Part shown: one piece after another, positions 63,570 through 64,000 of the stretch
Layout of the letters: each line of letters opens with the position of its first letter
Numbering within the stretch: position 1 is the first letter of the stretch
Assembly (NCBI RefSeq): GCF_009914755.1
Contig: NC_060927.1
Strand: one strand, 5' to 3'
Length of the DNA: 64,000 nucleotides
DNA from: the human T2T-CHM13v2.0 reference genome, Homo sapiens
Translations under genes and position numbers: made by a program
The notes under the pieces: model-generated
The model's input: the letters and a program-made list of their open reading frames with translations, nothing else
Told to the model about the DNA's origin: nothing
The model's database searches: none

Positions 63570-64000
63570 GGGACCATCAGCTACCTTGATCTGGACATAA
63601 TCTTTCAACACAGTTGAAATATTTCTTAGCTCTTTAAAAAATTATTTTAGCAGATATATTACCTTACTGGTTCAAACTGAGCTTGTGATACAAGAACCCT
63701 TACCAGTCTTCAGAAAAATATTGACTAGGATAAGTCAAGGAGGGTCTTTTCTCCTGACACTAAGAGCTTCCTTCTAAGTTGACATAAAGCAATCAATCTA
63801 ATGATTATTGGTTAATTGATCAGTTGGCTGCAGATCCATCTAATCACATTTGCCCACCTCCTGTCTTATAGTAACTCTTCACTGGTGGTTTGGCAATTGT
63901 ATCTCCAAGTTAATCTACAACAGTAGTTCTAGTTAGAAGCAAAGAGAAGGGTTTCAGTGTCCATTTCTTGAGTGCCAGAGACCTGAACTCATTCAGAAGT

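Noticed and set aside
63238-63577. ORFs of 110 and 60 aa
   Set aside because: They lie within the MLT1D LTR.
1-64000. CRISPR arrays, operons, rRNA/snRNA/snoRNA genes, processed pseudogenes, CpG island
   Set aside because: The sequence is mammalian intronic DNA. I found no repeat-spacer periodicity, no RNA gene I recognise, no long disrupted ORF with poly(A) and TSD, and the CpG patches are far below island size.

Overview
This is AT-rich, CpG-depleted primate (human-like) genomic DNA. I can support no protein-coding exon, RNA gene, CpG island or CRISPR array. The supplied ORFs are short chance frames or derive from repeats and low-complexity sequence. Recognisable repeats are one AluY with a 15-bp TSD, an AluJ/FRAM-type fragment, Tigger3a, MER45A, a MER103-like hAT MITE, an MLT1D solo LTR, many MIR/MIR3 and L2 relics, a CR1/L3 3' end, a probable MamSINE1 and microsatellites. 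I recognised no L1. The window reads best as intronic and 5'-UTR territory of a large minus-strand gene. There is a CpG-poor, (GA)n/(CT)n-rich promoter zone at about 56.7-58.1 kb inside a roughly 10.8-kb stretch with no transposon I can recognise. Several candidate non-coding exons carry good minus-strand splice signals, and a second promoter-like patch lies at about 11.6-12.4 kb. This architecture reminds me of the internal-promoter region of ZBTB20, but that is recollection and needs BLAT. I see no clearly new biological system. The best leads are splicing-structure oddities (hairpin-masked acceptors, an 8-nt microexon candidate, long AG-exclusion zones) and nested ancient insertions. Boundaries of old repeats are approximate, and family names come from remembered consensus sequences, not a RepeatMasker run.
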